From: Bacillota bacterium
GTDB lineage: Bacteria; Bacillota_I; Bacilli_A; RF39; UBA660
Reading direction: 5' to 3'
DNA: 64,000 nt
NCBI GenBank assembly: GCA_021771185.1
Contig: JAETPN010000002.1
Location: 69,297-133,296 of the forward strand
Every line of letters starts with the position of its first letter. Within the stretch, counting starts at the first letter, position 1. Shown in pieces: positions 19,354 to 30,302 of this stretch. The notes beneath the pieces were generated by a model. The model did no database searches, was not told the origin of the DNA, and worked only from the letters and a program-made list of their open reading frames with translations. A program made the translations under genes and the position numbers.

Positions 19354-19581
19354 TTAATTACTAGCGATATCAAAATCTTTTACTTCATCATCTTCTGAAA
19401 CCATCTTACTAACTTGTTCTTCAATGCTTTTTAATTTTTCATCACATTCTTTTACAAGTTTCATAGCTTTGGTATATTTTTCAATGGATTCATCTAAATC
19501 AATTTCACCATTTTCTAAATCAGAAACAATGGATTCTAATTCTTTCATTTTTTCTTCAAATTTTTGTTCATTTTTTGACAT
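19354..19581 (-). CDS. xseB: exodeoxyribonuclease VII small subunit
   Basis: 75-aa coiled-coil, directly downstream of xseA. Confidence 0.8.
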   Translation of the reverse strand: MSKNEQKFEEKMKELESIVSDLENGEIDLDESIEKYTKAMKLVKECDEKLKSIEEQVSKMVSEDDEVKDFDIASN

Positions 19582-19584
19582 AGT

Positions 19585-21003
19585 TTAATGCTCCTTCTCT
19601 ATTTTTTCTATTTTGGTATAAACTTCTCCATCATAAAAACGTAATCTTAAGTTATCACTCTTGATATCTTCAATATTTTTAATTAAATGTTGATCTTGAT
19701 AAGCAAGATGATATCCTTTTTGTAAAAGATGGAGTGGATTCATTACATCTAACTTCTCTATGAAATGTTGCAAATCTATTTGGTAAGATTCATATAACGT
19801 TGATGGATTGGTTAAAATATAATGTTTTTTGATAGAAATCAGTTGTTGTTTTTTCTGCTCTATTTGGTATCTTATTTTTTGGTTTATTTCATGTTTTATA
19901 TTCGTTAATTTGGTTTTTGAACCTTCAAATAAAACATCTGGATTTTTAAATATATAAGATTTTTTTAAATGATTAAAGTGAATTTTTTCAAATTCAAGTT
20001 TTTTTACCATCATTTCTCTAAGATGATCATCTAAAATCATGAGTTGTTGTTTTTTTGTATCAAAAATTCTTTCAGGATTTTTTAGTAAATAATTATTTTT
20101 TAAATGATTTAATTTTGTACGATTAGATTCTAAGCGATTACGCATTGTTTCCTTTAATCGAATGGAAAGACTTTGAAGGTGTTGTTCTATTTCATCTAGA
20201 TGTGGGACAGCCATTTCTGCAGCTCCCGTTGGCGTTGGTGCTCGTAAATCGGCTACAAAATCAGCAATCGTAAAATCAACCTCATGCCCTACTGCACTAA
20301 TCACTGGAATTGGACAATCAAAGATGGCACGTGCGACAATCTCTTCGTTAAAGGGCCATAAATCTTCAATCGATCCCCCACCACGTCCTACGATCAAAAC
20401 ATCAATAGGATAAGTACTCGCTTGTTTTATCTTTTTTGCGATATCACTAGCAGCATATTCGCCTTGAACTAGACAAGGGAAAAGTAAAGTTTCCGCAAGT
20501 GGGAAGCGTCTTCTTATTGTGGATATAATATCTTTAACAGCAGCTCCTGTTGACGCTGTAATAATACCAATACGTTCTGGAATTTTAGGAATAGGTTTCT
20601 TCCACTTCTCATCAAATAAACCTTCACTTGCTAGTTGCTTTTTTAATTTTTCAAAGGCAATATATAAATTCCCTACACCATCTAGCATCATTTCATCTAC
20701 GTAAATTTGATAATTTCCAGTAGCTTCATAAACACTTACTCTACCTGTCACAAAAACTTTGGCTCCATCTTCTGGTGTAAAATTTAGCTTACTTGCTTTA
20801 CTAGAAAACATAATCGCATTAATTTTACTCGTTTCATCTTTGAGTGAAAAATAAAGATGTCCTCTAGTATGTGCCTTAAAGTTAGAAATCTCCCCTTTTA
20901 AAAAAACAGTTTGTAAATGAGGATCTTGTTCAAATTTAACTTTTAAATATTTTGTAAGCGCACCAACCGTAAGATATTTTTCTACATCCATATTATTCAC
21001 CAA
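19585..21003 (-). CDS. xseA: exodeoxyribonuclease VII large subunit
   Basis: OB-fold N-terminus, 472 aa, coupled to xseB. Confidence 0.85.
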   Translation of the reverse strand: MVNNMDVEKYLTVGALTKYLKVKFEQDPHLQTVFLKGEISNFKAHTRGHLYFSLKDETSKINAIMFSSKASKLNFTPEDGAKVFVTGRVSVYEATGNYQIYVDEMMLDGVGNLYIAFEKLKKQLASEGLFDEKWKKPIPKIPERIGIITASTGAAVKDIISTIRRRFPLAETLLFPCLVQGEYAASDIAKKIKQASTYPIDVLIVGRGGGSIEDLWPFNEEIVARAIFDCPIPVISAVGHEVDFTIADFVADLRAPTPTGAAEMAVPHLDEIEQHLQSLSIRLKETMRNRLESNRTKLNHLKNNYLLKNPERIFDTKKQQLMILDDHLREMMVKKLEFEKIHFNHLKKSYIFKNPDVLFEGSKTKLTNIKHEINQKIRYQIEQKKQQLISIKKHYILTNPSTLYESYQIDLQHFIEKLDVMNPLHLLQKGYHLAYQDQHLIKNIEDIKSDNLRLRFYDGEVYTKIEKIEKEH

Positions 21004-21421
21004 TTTTCTCGTGATATACTTTATCTAAGACACTATTAATCATTTTTCTTACATCATCATCACTATAATCTTTCGCTAGAAGAATGGCTTCATTAATGGA
21101 TACGATATCTGGTGTATCCGTATAAAGAAGTTCATAGATTCCAATACGAAGAATCGCTTGATCCGTATTTCCTAAACGATCCAATGTCCAATCTTTCATA
21201 TACTTATTCGCAAGTGCATCAATTTCATTTTGATACGTTAAAACACCATATACAACTTCTTTAACAAATTCATTTTCAACAGGAAGTACTTCTTTCATTA
21301 CTTCTTCTACATCATAAGTCATTTTATTCTTTTGATAGACATTAATTTGATAAAGAATTGTCATAATTTTTTTTCTTAATTCACTTCGATTTAATTGTTC
21401 CATGTTATCACCTACATCCAT
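20993..21421 (-). CDS. nusB: transcription antitermination factor NusB
   Basis: NusB-like helical 140 aa, nusB-xseA-xseB order as in Bacillus. Confidence 0.75.
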   Translation of the reverse strand: MDVGDNMEQLNRSELRKKIMTILYQINVYQKNKMTYDVEEVMKEVLPVENEFVKEVVYGVLTYQNEIDALANKYMKDWTLDRLGNTDQAILRIGIYELLYTDTPDIVSINEAILLAKDYSDDDVRKMINSVLDKVYHEKIGE

Positions 21422-21457
21422 TATACCAAAAATTAAAAAAATAGTAACGTCGAATTA

Positions 21458-21847
21458 CTATTTTATAAACTTTTCTCCATTTCCACGATATAAGGAAATT
21501 AGACACCAAATATTTAAATATAAAACCATAATAAATAAGAGTGTCCATCCTAAAATAGGAACAATAAGACACAAAATCCAAGTGTAAGGAGACATGTAGA
21601 TTTCTTCTCCTGGGACACTTAATTTTTTTGCGACCATAGATAAACTTTGGACTGAAAACACAGTAAGCATAATAATGAAAGGAAAGAAGCAGAGGCAAAC
21701 TCCAAGTACCCAAACATACCATTTTTTATACCATGCATCTTCTTGATATAAATCTAACATACTCGCAAGAATAATTCCAAAAAAACTATTCCCTAAAAGT
21801 AAAATGAAAAGCCAAATCCACCAATTTTTTTGTTTTAGTAAGTCCAT
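21458..21847 (-). CDS. small membrane protein
   Basis: 4 TM, Trp-rich. Confidence 0.3.
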   Translation of the reverse strand: MDLLKQKNWWIWLFILLLGNSFFGIILASMLDLYQEDAWYKKWYVWVLGVCLCFFPFIIMLTVFSVQSLSMVAKKLSVPGEEIYMSPYTWILCLIVPILGWTLLFIMVLYLNIWCLISLYRGNGEKFIK

Positions 21848-21856
21848 ACAATTCTC

Positions 21857-24406
21857 CTATCTCTGTGTATTTTCTACTTCTTCTTTTAATTCATAAAGCG
21901 TATTTAACGCTTCCATGGGTGTCATTTCAAGAGGATTTACCTCTTTTAATTTTTGTTCTATGATGGAAGGTTCTTTCATCAAGTCATCTAATGGAAGAGC
22001 TTCTTGAATACGAATATCACGTTTAAATTCTTTGTTTTCATAAATTTTAAGAATCTGATCTGCGCGTTTAATTAAAGCATCTGGCATATTCGCTAGTTTC
22101 GCTACATGAATTCCGTAACTTTTATCGACACTACCAGGTTTAATTTTATGTAAGAAAATAATATTTCCATCTTCTTCTAGGGCAGATACATGAATGTTTT
22201 TCACACCGCTTAAGGTATCCTCTAAATCAGTAAGTTCATGGTAATGCGTCGAAAAGAATGTTTTTGCCCCTATTTTATCATGAATATACTCAATAATTGC
22301 TTGTGCTAAAGCCATTCCATCAAAGGTTGCGGTTCCACGTCCTAGTTCATCAAATAAAATTAAACTATGCTCTGTTGCACTAGTAATCGCATAATTTGCT
22401 TCCATCATTTCAACCATAAAAGTAGATTCCCCACTCACTAAGTCATCACTTGCCCCAATGCGTGTAAAGATATGATCAAAAATAGGTAGTGTAGCTCTTT
22501 CTGCAGGTACAAAACATCCAATTTGCGCCATAATAACGGTAATAGCCACTTGTCTCATGTAGGTTGACTTACCAGCCATATTAGGTCCAGTAATAAGTAA
22601 AATATTTGTATGGGGATCCATCATAATATCATTTGGAACAAATTCTCCATCAATCACTTTTTCAACGACAGGATGACGATCATTTATAATTTCTAATGTA
22701 CGATCTGTACTAAGCGTTGGTCGAACATAATTATTTTCTTCCGAAACCGTTGCGAAAGACTGTAAAACATCAATCTCACTTAATACCTTAGCGATTTCTT
22801 GAAGACGTGGAATATAAGTTTTAATTTGTTCGCGAATCGATGTAAATAATTCATATTCTAACTCGATAATTTTTTCTTCCGCGTTTAAAATAAGAGCTTC
22901 TTTTTCTTTTAAAATAGGACTAATATAACGTTCACAATTACTTAAGGTTTGCTTTCTTTCATAACCATATTCTTCTTTTACAAGTGAAGTTTGCCCCTTA
23001 GATACTTCAATGTAATAGCCAAACACACGGTTATATCCAACTTTTAATGTTTTAATTCCTGTACGTTCTCTTTCTTCAGTTTCAAATTTAGCAACAAAGT
23101 CTTTTCCACCTTTACGAAGACTTTTTAATTCATCGAGTTCTTCACTATATCCCTCTTTAATTAAATATCCTTCTTTTACAGAGATTGGAGGATTTTCATA
23201 AATACTTTGTTCTAATAAAAGATATAAATCTTCTAACGTTTCCATTGCTTTATAAAAATGAATTTCTTTTAAAAGACTTTGAATATGAGGAAGAACTTTT
23301 AAAGAATTTTTTAACTGAATTAAATCTCTAGCATTCGCACTTCCAAAGGCAATGCGCCCACTTAAACGTTCTAAGTCATACACTTCAAACAAATCATTTT
23401 GTAGCTCTTCTTTGATGATAAATTGCTCTAACAAAGTCTCTACCATATCATAGCGACGATTCATTTCTATGGGATCAATTAATGGATTTTCAATAAATGT
23501 TTTTAAACGGCGTGATCCCATCGCTGTTTTCGTTTTATCTAATAACCAAATCAGTGAATAATTACGTTGTTTTAAACGAAGTGTTTCTGTTAACTCTAAA
23601 TTTCTTTTCGTATGAACATCCATTTTTAAATAAGCTTTATTTTCACGAAGAAGTGCCTTTTGTAAATGTGATAGTTCTCTTTTTTGTGTCTGTTTAATAT
23701 AAGTAAGTAAATGTTTAATCGTTGTAATTAATCTTACATCTCCTAAAGATTCATAAACATACGTATACTCCTCTACTTCATCGATATCATCACTCGTTGA
23801 AACAGGTAATTTAAATTGGTTTTTTAACATACTAGAAAGATGTGTATCTACTTTAGATGTTACAATCACTTCTTTAAGACCTAAACTAACAATTTCACTA
23901 GCCACCTTAGAAACATTATGTTCCATCATAAAGGTAAAAATTTCTCCAGTAGAAATATCTGCATAACTAATTCCATATCCGTGATTAAAATCAACGATAT
24001 TTCCTATATAATTATTTTCTTTCTCGTTTAAAGCTTCCCCGTTCATCACGGTTCCCTTAGAAATCACTTGAATAATATCACGTTTAACAATACCTTTTGT
24101 ATTTTTAGGATCTTCTAGTTGTTCACAAATTCCTACTTTATACCCACGCTCTACTAATTTTTCAATGTAAAGATTAGCCGCATGGTGTGGAACACCACAC
24201 ATTGGAATTTTTTCATCTAATCCGGCATTTTTTCCCGTAAGCGTTAATTCTAATTCGCGAGATACCGTAATCGCATCTTCAAAAAACATTTCATAAAAAT
24301 CACCTAAGCGGAAAAATAAAATAATATCTTCATTTTCGTTTTTAATTTCTAAATATTGACGCATCATTGGCGTTACTTTATTACAATCTACATCTTTACG
24401 ATTCAT
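21857..24406 (-). CDS. mutS: DNA mismatch repair protein MutS
   Basis: mismatch-binding GDFYEMFFEDA, Walker A GPNMAGKST, C-terminal HTH; start MNRKD after AGGTGG RBS. Confidence 0.9.
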   Translation of the reverse strand: MNRKDVDCNKVTPMMRQYLEIKNENEDIILFFRLGDFYEMFFEDAITVSRELELTLTGKNAGLDEKIPMCGVPHHAANLYIEKLVERGYKVGICEQLEDPKNTKGIVKRDIIQVISKGTVMNGEALNEKENNYIGNIVDFNHGYGISYADISTGEIFTFMMEHNVSKVASEIVSLGLKEVIVTSKVDTHLSSMLKNQFKLPVSTSDDIDEVEEYTYVYESLGDVRLITTIKHLLTYIKQTQKRELSHLQKALLRENKAYLKMDVHTKRNLELTETLRLKQRNYSLIWLLDKTKTAMGSRRLKTFIENPLIDPIEMNRRYDMVETLLEQFIIKEELQNDLFEVYDLERLSGRIAFGSANARDLIQLKNSLKVLPHIQSLLKEIHFYKAMETLEDLYLLLEQSIYENPPISVKEGYLIKEGYSEELDELKSLRKGGKDFVAKFETEERERTGIKTLKVGYNRVFGYYIEVSKGQTSLVKEEYGYERKQTLSNCERYISPILKEKEALILNAEEKIIELEYELFTSIREQIKTYIPRLQEIAKVLSEIDVLQSFATVSEENNYVRPTLSTDRTLEIINDRHPVVEKVIDGEFVPNDIMMDPHTNILLITGPNMAGKSTYMRQVAITVIMAQIGCFVPAERATLPIFDHIFTRIGASDDLVSGESTFMVEMMEANYAITSATEHSLILFDELGRGTATFDGMALAQAIIEYIHDKIGAKTFFSTHYHELTDLEDTLSGVKNIHVSALEEDGNIIFLHKIKPGSVDKSYGIHVAKLANMPDALIKRADQILKIYENKEFKRDIRIQEALPLDDLMKEPSIIEQKLKEVNPLEMTPMEALNTLYELKEEVENTQR

Positions 24407-24486
24407 AAAACCACCTATATCCATTTTATCAAAAAAAGGATGGAAAGTCTATGAATATTCCGAAGAATCCTTTCATATAGCAAACG

Positions 24487-24966
24487 CTACTTATAACTTT
24501 TTTTCTTTTCATCTAAAGATTCTAATTGCGTTTTAATATCAATCAACTCTGTTTGGTATCTTTCTATTTTTTCAATCAGTTTTTTGGACGCATCTGGCTC
24601 TCTATTTTTCGTTTCTTTAAATCTTTTAATCCAATTCCGTTCTTCTTCTAAAGTTAGCCTTTCATCCATAAAATGCGCTAGTAAGTATTTATCAATCATT
24701 CCAGTCACAACGATAAAGAATAAATCCTGAAAGAATATTTCACCTTGTGGTAAACTCATTAAATCAACGGTTGCTAGGGTTAGAAAAAGATTATTTAAGA
24801 CAAATTTAAGATCAACTTGTTTTGATAGAAAATGATAATAACGTTCATAAGAGACACTAACATGTAAAAGTTCCTCTTCACTCATATGATGATCACCAAA
24901 TGTACAAAGTAAATTCACAATACGATTGATTTCATCTTTTCTTATGTTTAATTCTTCTTTTGTCAC
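24487..24966 (-). CDS. hypothetical protein
   Basis: 159-aa ORF. Confidence 0.3.
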   Translation of the reverse strand: MTKEELNIRKDEINRIVNLLCTFGDHHMSEEELLHVSVSYERYYHFLSKQVDLKFVLNNLFLTLATVDLMSLPQGEIFFQDLFFIVVTGMIDKYLLAHFMDERLTLEEERNWIKRFKETKNREPDASKKLIEKIERYQTELIDIKTQLESLDEKKKSYK

Positions 24967-25021
24967 AATATCACCCTATTAAAATTTATGTCAAAAAAAA
25001 GAAAAAGATACAAAAATGTAT

Positions 25022-26035
25022 CTAATCTAATGTTTCTAAATATCGAATGGCATCTTCAAAATGTTTGACTTCAACGACATCAATTTTAAAATGATGCTTC
25101 TTTTTGAGGGCTAGCGCTTCTTGATAATTTTTCCCAGTTGGAGCAAAAAAGATATCTGCTTTCTTTTTCTCTGCACCGCGCAATTTAAATTCAATACCCG
25201 CGATTTCACCTACTGTTCCATCAATATCAATCGTACCTGTACCAACAATCGTTTTTCCATGCGTAATATCTTCTTTGGTTAATCGATTATATATTTCTAG
25301 TGAAGTCATAAGTCCTCCAGAAGAACCTGATTCTTTAGCCCTTTTCGTAAATTTAATTTGGGGAGTGGTGGTAATTTGATAGATTGGAATTAATAAAATA
25401 CCTAAACGCTTTTCACCATCAAGATTTAGAATGGGAATAGTAATGTTTCTTTCTTTGTTTTCTCTTTTTAAAGTTAATTCAATGTTCTTTCCAACATTAG
25501 ACTGTTTCACAAAAGAAACAATTTCATCGTAAGAAGTAATTTCTTTTCCATTGATTTTTACTAATTGATCACCAACATTGATATCTTCTTTTACTTGTTC
25601 ATCAAGATAAGCCACATGAAACACAGGATCTGTGATGTTTATTTTTCTTTTAGCGTATGTATAACCAACGATTAAAGCATTTTGATTTGCTTGCTCCAAT
25701 AATAATTTTGATCTTACTTCGGCATCTTTTAATGTTTCATGATCATATTTAATATCATCAATCTTGATTCTTTTCCAATCAGAATGAAAAAGAGAAAGAA
25801 GATAATTCCCTGGGTTCGCTCTTGTTTCATTAACATAACTTAAATTAAAGCTTCCGGAAGAATCAAAACTATCCTGAATCATGACACGATCTTCTACGGG
25901 TAATAGTCCACCTGGCATATCAATCATATATGGAAGTGGAAACAAAAAAAAGAACCAGCAAAACACTAGAAAAAGCATAAACTTATAATTTTCAGAAATG
26001 AATTGTTTCATTTTCGCATATCTTTTATTAGTCAT
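25022..26035 (-). CDS. YlbL/SepM-like PDZ + Lon-type protease
   Basis: N-terminal TM, PDZ, Lon catalytic region SGSSGGLM. Confidence 0.6.
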   Translation of the reverse strand: MTNKRYAKMKQFISENYKFMLFLVFCWFFFLFPLPYMIDMPGGLLPVEDRVMIQDSFDSSGSFNLSYVNETRANPGNYLLSLFHSDWKRIKIDDIKYDHETLKDAEVRSKLLLEQANQNALIVGYTYAKRKINITDPVFHVAYLDEQVKEDINVGDQLVKINGKEITSYDEIVSFVKQSNVGKNIELTLKRENKERNITIPILNLDGEKRLGILLIPIYQITTTPQIKFTKRAKESGSSGGLMTSLEIYNRLTKEDITHGKTIVGTGTIDIDGTVGEIAGIEFKLRGAEKKKADIFFAPTGKNYQEALALKKKHHFKIDVVEVKHFEDAIRYLETLD

Positions 26036-26082
26036 GAAACACGACCTTTCTAATGTTATTTTATCACAAAGTGGGAGGTATT

Positions 26083-27063
26083 ATGAAAAAAATATTGACA
26101 AGTATTGCAATAATGATCACCTTGCTCTTTTTTGGAGTTCAAATTTTATACCATTCAAAAGCCGTATTAGATAGTGTTTTATTTTCCTTAAACATTTGGC
26201 AAAAAAATATTTTTCCTTCCCTTTTCCCTTTCTTTCTTTTGTCTAGTGTTTTAACAGAATATGGATTTATTGAACTGGTTGGTGAACTTTGTAAACCTTT
26301 GATGCAACTATTGTTTAAATGTAAAGGGGAATGTGCATTTGTCCTTATCATGAGTTTAATTTCAGGATTTCCAAGTAATGCAAAATATACAAGGGAACTC
26401 TTTGAACAGGGAATTCTCTCCGAACAAGAAGCTTCTAAGATATTAATGTTTACACATTTTTCTAATCCATTATTTATTCTAGGAACCGTATCTATTTTAT
26501 TTTTAAATAATAAAGAAGTGGGTATTTTAATTCTTCTTTGCCATTATGTTTCAAATTTGATTATTGGTCTTTTGGTTCGTTCTTATGCTCCATCAAAAAT
26601 AGAACAAGAATCCTTTAGTATTAAAAAGGCTATTTTAAAAATGCATCAAAAAAGAATTGATAATACAAAGTCTTTTGGACAAATTATTACCAATTCCTTA
26701 AAAAATACGATCGATACCCTATTATTAATTTTAGGTGTTGTGACCATGTTTTTAATCATTACGACTATTATTGATCAAAACATTCAATTAAGCTCTTACC
26801 ATCAAAGTATTTTAAATGGATGTTTTGAAATGACTCAAGGATTAAAATACATTAGTTTGTTGCACATTCCCTTAAAATACAAAGCAACGCTTTCTGTGAT
26901 GATTTTATCCTTTGGTGGATTTAGTGTCCATATGCAGATGATTGGTATTTTAAGTGATACTAAAATTCGTTATCTTCCATTTCTAACGGCTAGATTACTT
27001 CATGCGTCGATTGCGTCCATTCTCGTATTTAGCTGTTTTGATTTCTGGATTACCTTACTATGA
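26083..27063 (+). CDS. YlbJ-like sporulation integral membrane protein (nucleoside-recognition/Gate domain)
   Basis: multi-TM, synteny with ylbL-like gene; GGGAGG RBS before MKKILTSIA. Confidence 0.45.
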   Translation: MKKILTSIAIMITLLFFGVQILYHSKAVLDSVLFSLNIWQKNIFPSLFPFFLLSSVLTEYGFIELVGELCKPLMQLLFKCKGECAFVLIMSLISGFPSNAKYTRELFEQGILSEQEASKILMFTHFSNPLFILGTVSILFLNNKEVGILILLCHYVSNLIIGLLVRSYAPSKIEQESFSIKKAILKMHQKRIDNTKSFGQIITNSLKNTIDTLLLILGVVTMFLIITTIIDQNIQLSSYHQSILNGCFEMTQGLKYISLLHIPLKYKATLSVMILSFGGFSVHMQMIGILSDTKIRYLPFLTARLLHASIASILVFSCFDFWITLL

Positions 27064-28299
27064 AGTAACACTAACTAAAGTAATACGCGCAAATCCATGA
27101 CCTGGATTTCCGGTAATATTACTTGATCCTCTAGGATTTGGCATGCTCTTTGTATTAGAAATACTTGTGATATTATTAAATTCCTTTGCATTCGAAAGAG
27201 GAAAGGAATCACCAAGGCCTCCGGACGCAGCTAAGATACGAGAAGCAGTACTGTTTGTATCGTTTACATCTCCACCCTTAACACGAAGGTCTGTAGCGCC
27301 CTGGTTAAAAGTATTTTCACTTCCCTTTTCACCAACATAAAGATATAAGTTTTCGCTTTTCTCTAACTGAACTTCACCAGAAGTATAACTTCCTTTGGTT
27401 TGATCATCTTTTGCTGCGCCCCATAATTCTACTTTATAAAGACCTTTTTGAGAGACTGTAAACATTTGACGCTCTTTCGTATAATCAAAGTTTGTAGACG
27501 TATTAAGCACTAATACACGGCGTATCTTTTCATCGACGACTACACCGTCTTTTTTTAATTTAAAATTTAATGTATAAGTTGTATTTGGGTTATTTCCAAC
27601 CTCACCAGTTATTTCAACCCCACAAGTATTACTACCATTTGGTGTACAAAGATCTCCTTTCGAATCAATCACATAATAACCTGGGTCTTGATATGGCAAA
27701 ACACTACTATGCGTCATATCGGAAGATCCTTTTAAAACAATCGTTCCACCTTCATTGGTATTTTGATCATCATAAACAATATCAGAGATTGCTGTAATTC
27801 TAGAATCATACTGATACACAAGATTAATCCCATAATCTCCCTCTACCAGAGAATGTTTTACAGGAATTTTAATATGAATCATCGAATTATCTTTTCCATC
27901 CGAAACATTTAAAACAGTCTCATTTGAAATTTCGATATTTCCAAACTGACTACCAGATAATAATTTTATTGTATAGTTAATACTTCCATGATCATTATTA
28001 ATAAAAGAGAATATTCCTTTTTCTTTATCAATGGTTAAAGTAGATGATGAATCATCTTCATAAATAAACGTTAAACATCCACGTCCACAGCGCATTGCTG
28101 CTTTTATGCTTTTTAAATGAAATTGTTCACTAATTTTACGATTCATAATTGCTTGCTTACTTAATAATTCGGTTTTAATCCCTGCATCTACATACAGTGT
28201 TTTTACCATGGTAACAATTTGCAGAAGCATAATCACGACCATCATGACAAGTGCGAATGATACAATTAATTCAACAACGGTAAACCCTTTCTTATTCAT
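27058..28299 (-). CDS. large type IV pilin-like protein
   Basis: class III signal KKG/FTVVELIVS (G^FTxxE), 413 aa. Confidence 0.6.
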   Translation of the reverse strand: MNKKGFTVVELIVSFALVMMVVIMLLQIVTMVKTLYVDAGIKTELLSKQAIMNRKISEQFHLKSIKAAMRCGRGCLTFIYEDDSSSTLTIDKEKGIFSFINNDHGSINYTIKLLSGSQFGNIEISNETVLNVSDGKDNSMIHIKIPVKHSLVEGDYGINLVYQYDSRITAISDIVYDDQNTNEGGTIVLKGSSDMTHSSVLPYQDPGYYVIDSKGDLCTPNGSNTCGVEITGEVGNNPNTTYTLNFKLKKDGVVVDEKIRRVLVLNTSTNFDYTKERQMFTVSQKGLYKVELWGAAKDDQTKGSYTSGEVQLEKSENLYLYVGEKGSENTFNQGATDLRVKGGDVNDTNSTASRILAASGGLGDSFPLSNAKEFNNITSISNTKSMPNPRGSSNITGNPGHGFARITLVSVTS

Positions 28300-28300
28300 A

Positions 28301-28858
28301 CTATCCCTCTCTTTGATATAATTTTAAACTAGCATAGGTATCATCTTTAAATTCGATAATTGTACGACGACGTGTGAGTTCTATATCATCTGTATCGTAT
28401 TTAATGGATTTGATAAAATTCCTTAAATGAACATCCAATTCTTCATAGGAATCTAATTTTCCAATAAAATCTGTTAAATCAGCATAAGTCACAAGAACAC
28501 GCTTAACATTAAGATTTTTCATTAAACGATTACAATAATCAGTTTCATATAAATAAACCTTGGAACACTCATCTGTTTCATTATAAAGTTCAACATAAGG
28601 TTCTGGTTTCGCTGTTTCCCCTTCCACTGTTCGTCCACTCATGTAATCTACAATTTTTTCATATCCGTTTTTTAAAATATATTGATTTATTTCTCTCGTC
28701 GCATAGATACCTTCTGTTGTGTTATAGGAAAAAGAACGTTGATATCCTGTATAAATACGACGAAATTGAACAAAAATAAAAATCATCGTTGTCGCAATAA
28801 ACGTTGAAACAATAAGTGTTTCAACTAACATAAACCCTTCATTCTTCTTTTTTTTCAT
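28301..28858 (-). CDS. type IV pilin / pseudopilin
   Basis: prepilin motif NEG/FMLVETLIV. Confidence 0.55.
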   Translation of the reverse strand: MKKKKNEGFMLVETLIVSTFIATTMIFIFVQFRRIYTGYQRSFSYNTTEGIYATREINQYILKNGYEKIVDYMSGRTVEGETAKPEPYVELYNETDECSKVYLYETDYCNRLMKNLNVKRVLVTYADLTDFIGKLDSYEELDVHLRNFIKSIKYDTDDIELTRRRTIIEFKDDTYASLKLYQREG

Positions 28859-28945
28859 AAAATTCCCAGCCCCTAGCTTGTATTTATTATAAATATATTA
28901 TATAATAAAATAGATATAAAAGCTAGTGTAAAAGAAAATAAGGGG

Positions 28946-30283
28946 ATGAATTTTATGCTTAAAAAATATGATTTTACCAAAACACCACCTGTTGAAGTCG
29001 CAAATGATATCTTAGTAGATGCGGCTCATCGTGGAGCTAGTGATATTCATTTTGATCCACATGAAGATCGTATGTTAATACGTATTCGTATTGATGGTGA
29101 ATTAATAAATTATGCAGAAATTCCAAAGGAAGTTCAAAAAAACTTAATTACTCGTCTTAAAATATTATCTGGAATGAATATCACTGAAACACGCTTACCA
29201 CAAGATGGCGCAATTAAAATGCATTTAAAAGATACAGATCTAGATCTTCGTGTTTCTGTTTTACCTCTTCTTGAAGGAGAAAAAATGGTTATTCGTATTT
29301 TAGATTATCGACGTAGTTTACAAGGAATTGAGACGTTAGGATTTAGTGATACTAACTATCAGAAAATTTTAAAAATGATTTCTGTTCCTAATGGAATCGT
29401 TTTAGTTACAGGGGCGACCGGAAGTGGTAAATCAACAACAGTATATTCTATTTTACAACGTTTAAACAAAGAGCAAACCAATATCATTACAGTAGAAGAT
29501 CCAATTGAAATGGGTATTGATGGCATTAATCAAGTTCAAACAAATAGTGAAATTGGATTAACTTTCGCCAGTGCTTTACGTTCCATTTTACGTCAAGATC
29601 CTAACATTATCATGATTGGAGAAATTCGTGATTCTGAAACTGCACAAATTGCGGTTCGTGCTTCTATTACGGGGCATTTAGTATTATCAACACTTCATAC
29701 CAATAACTCCTTAACAACGATTGAACGTTTGATTGATATGAATGTAGAACGTTACTTACTAGCGAGTTCATTAACGGGAATTGTTTCTCAAAAATTAGCT
29801 CGTAAATTATGCCCTAAATGTACACATATGCGTCCTGCCAACGATTATGAAAAGAACTTATTTAAAGGTGTTTTAGGGGTTGATATTACAGAACTTCCAA
29901 CAACAGATGGTTGCGATGAATGTACAAATGGATATCATGGACGTATCGCCATTCATGAAGTTTTACTTATTGATCAAGATATTCGCGATGCGATTAGTAA
30001 TGGAATTAAAAAGGAAGAATTAAGAGAGCTTGTTTATACTTCTCAGGTAACAACCATGCTTCAAGACGGATTACAAAAAGTATTAAAAGGATTAACAACC
30101 TTTGAAGAAATCCTTAAAATTATCGAATTAGATGACGATGAACATGTGGAAGAAAATGCAGATTTAAAAGCGGCGATTCATAATACAAATATTGCGGTTC
30201 AAAATACAGTACAAGAACAAAATTCTACGCTTCCTTATGTACAAGAATTTAATCAAGTTCAAAATAAACCAGAAGCTTTATAG
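28946..30283 (+). CDS. type IV pilus / competence assembly ATPase (GspE/PilB/ComGA family)
   Basis: Walker A GATGSGKSTT, GspE Asp/His boxes, C-terminal tetracysteine CPKC..CDEC. Confidence 0.85.
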   Translation: MNFMLKKYDFTKTPPVEVANDILVDAAHRGASDIHFDPHEDRMLIRIRIDGELINYAEIPKEVQKNLITRLKILSGMNITETRLPQDGAIKMHLKDTDLDLRVSVLPLLEGEKMVIRILDYRRSLQGIETLGFSDTNYQKILKMISVPNGIVLVTGATGSGKSTTVYSILQRLNKEQTNIITVEDPIEMGIDGINQVQTNSEIGLTFASALRSILRQDPNIIMIGEIRDSETAQIAVRASITGHLVLSTLHTNNSLTTIERLIDMNVERYLLASSLTGIVSQKLARKLCPKCTHMRPANDYEKNLFKGVLGVDITELPTTDGCDECTNGYHGRIAIHEVLLIDQDIRDAISNGIKKEELRELVYTSQVTTMLQDGLQKVLKGLTTFEEILKIIELDDDEHVEENADLKAAIHNTNIAVQNTVQEQNSTLPYVQEFNQVQNKPEAL

Positions 30284-30302
30284 CTCCTGGTTTTTATATG
30301 AT

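Noticed and set aside
21408-21722. 104-aa ORF overlapping 21458-21847 in another frame, and 21402-21587 (+)
   Set aside because: Alternative-frame artefacts; the 21458-21847 frame gives a coherent 4-TM protein.
21857-24406. mutS without an adjacent mutL
   Set aside because: It may simply be encoded elsewhere and the window does not allow a conclusion, so it is not raised as a finding.
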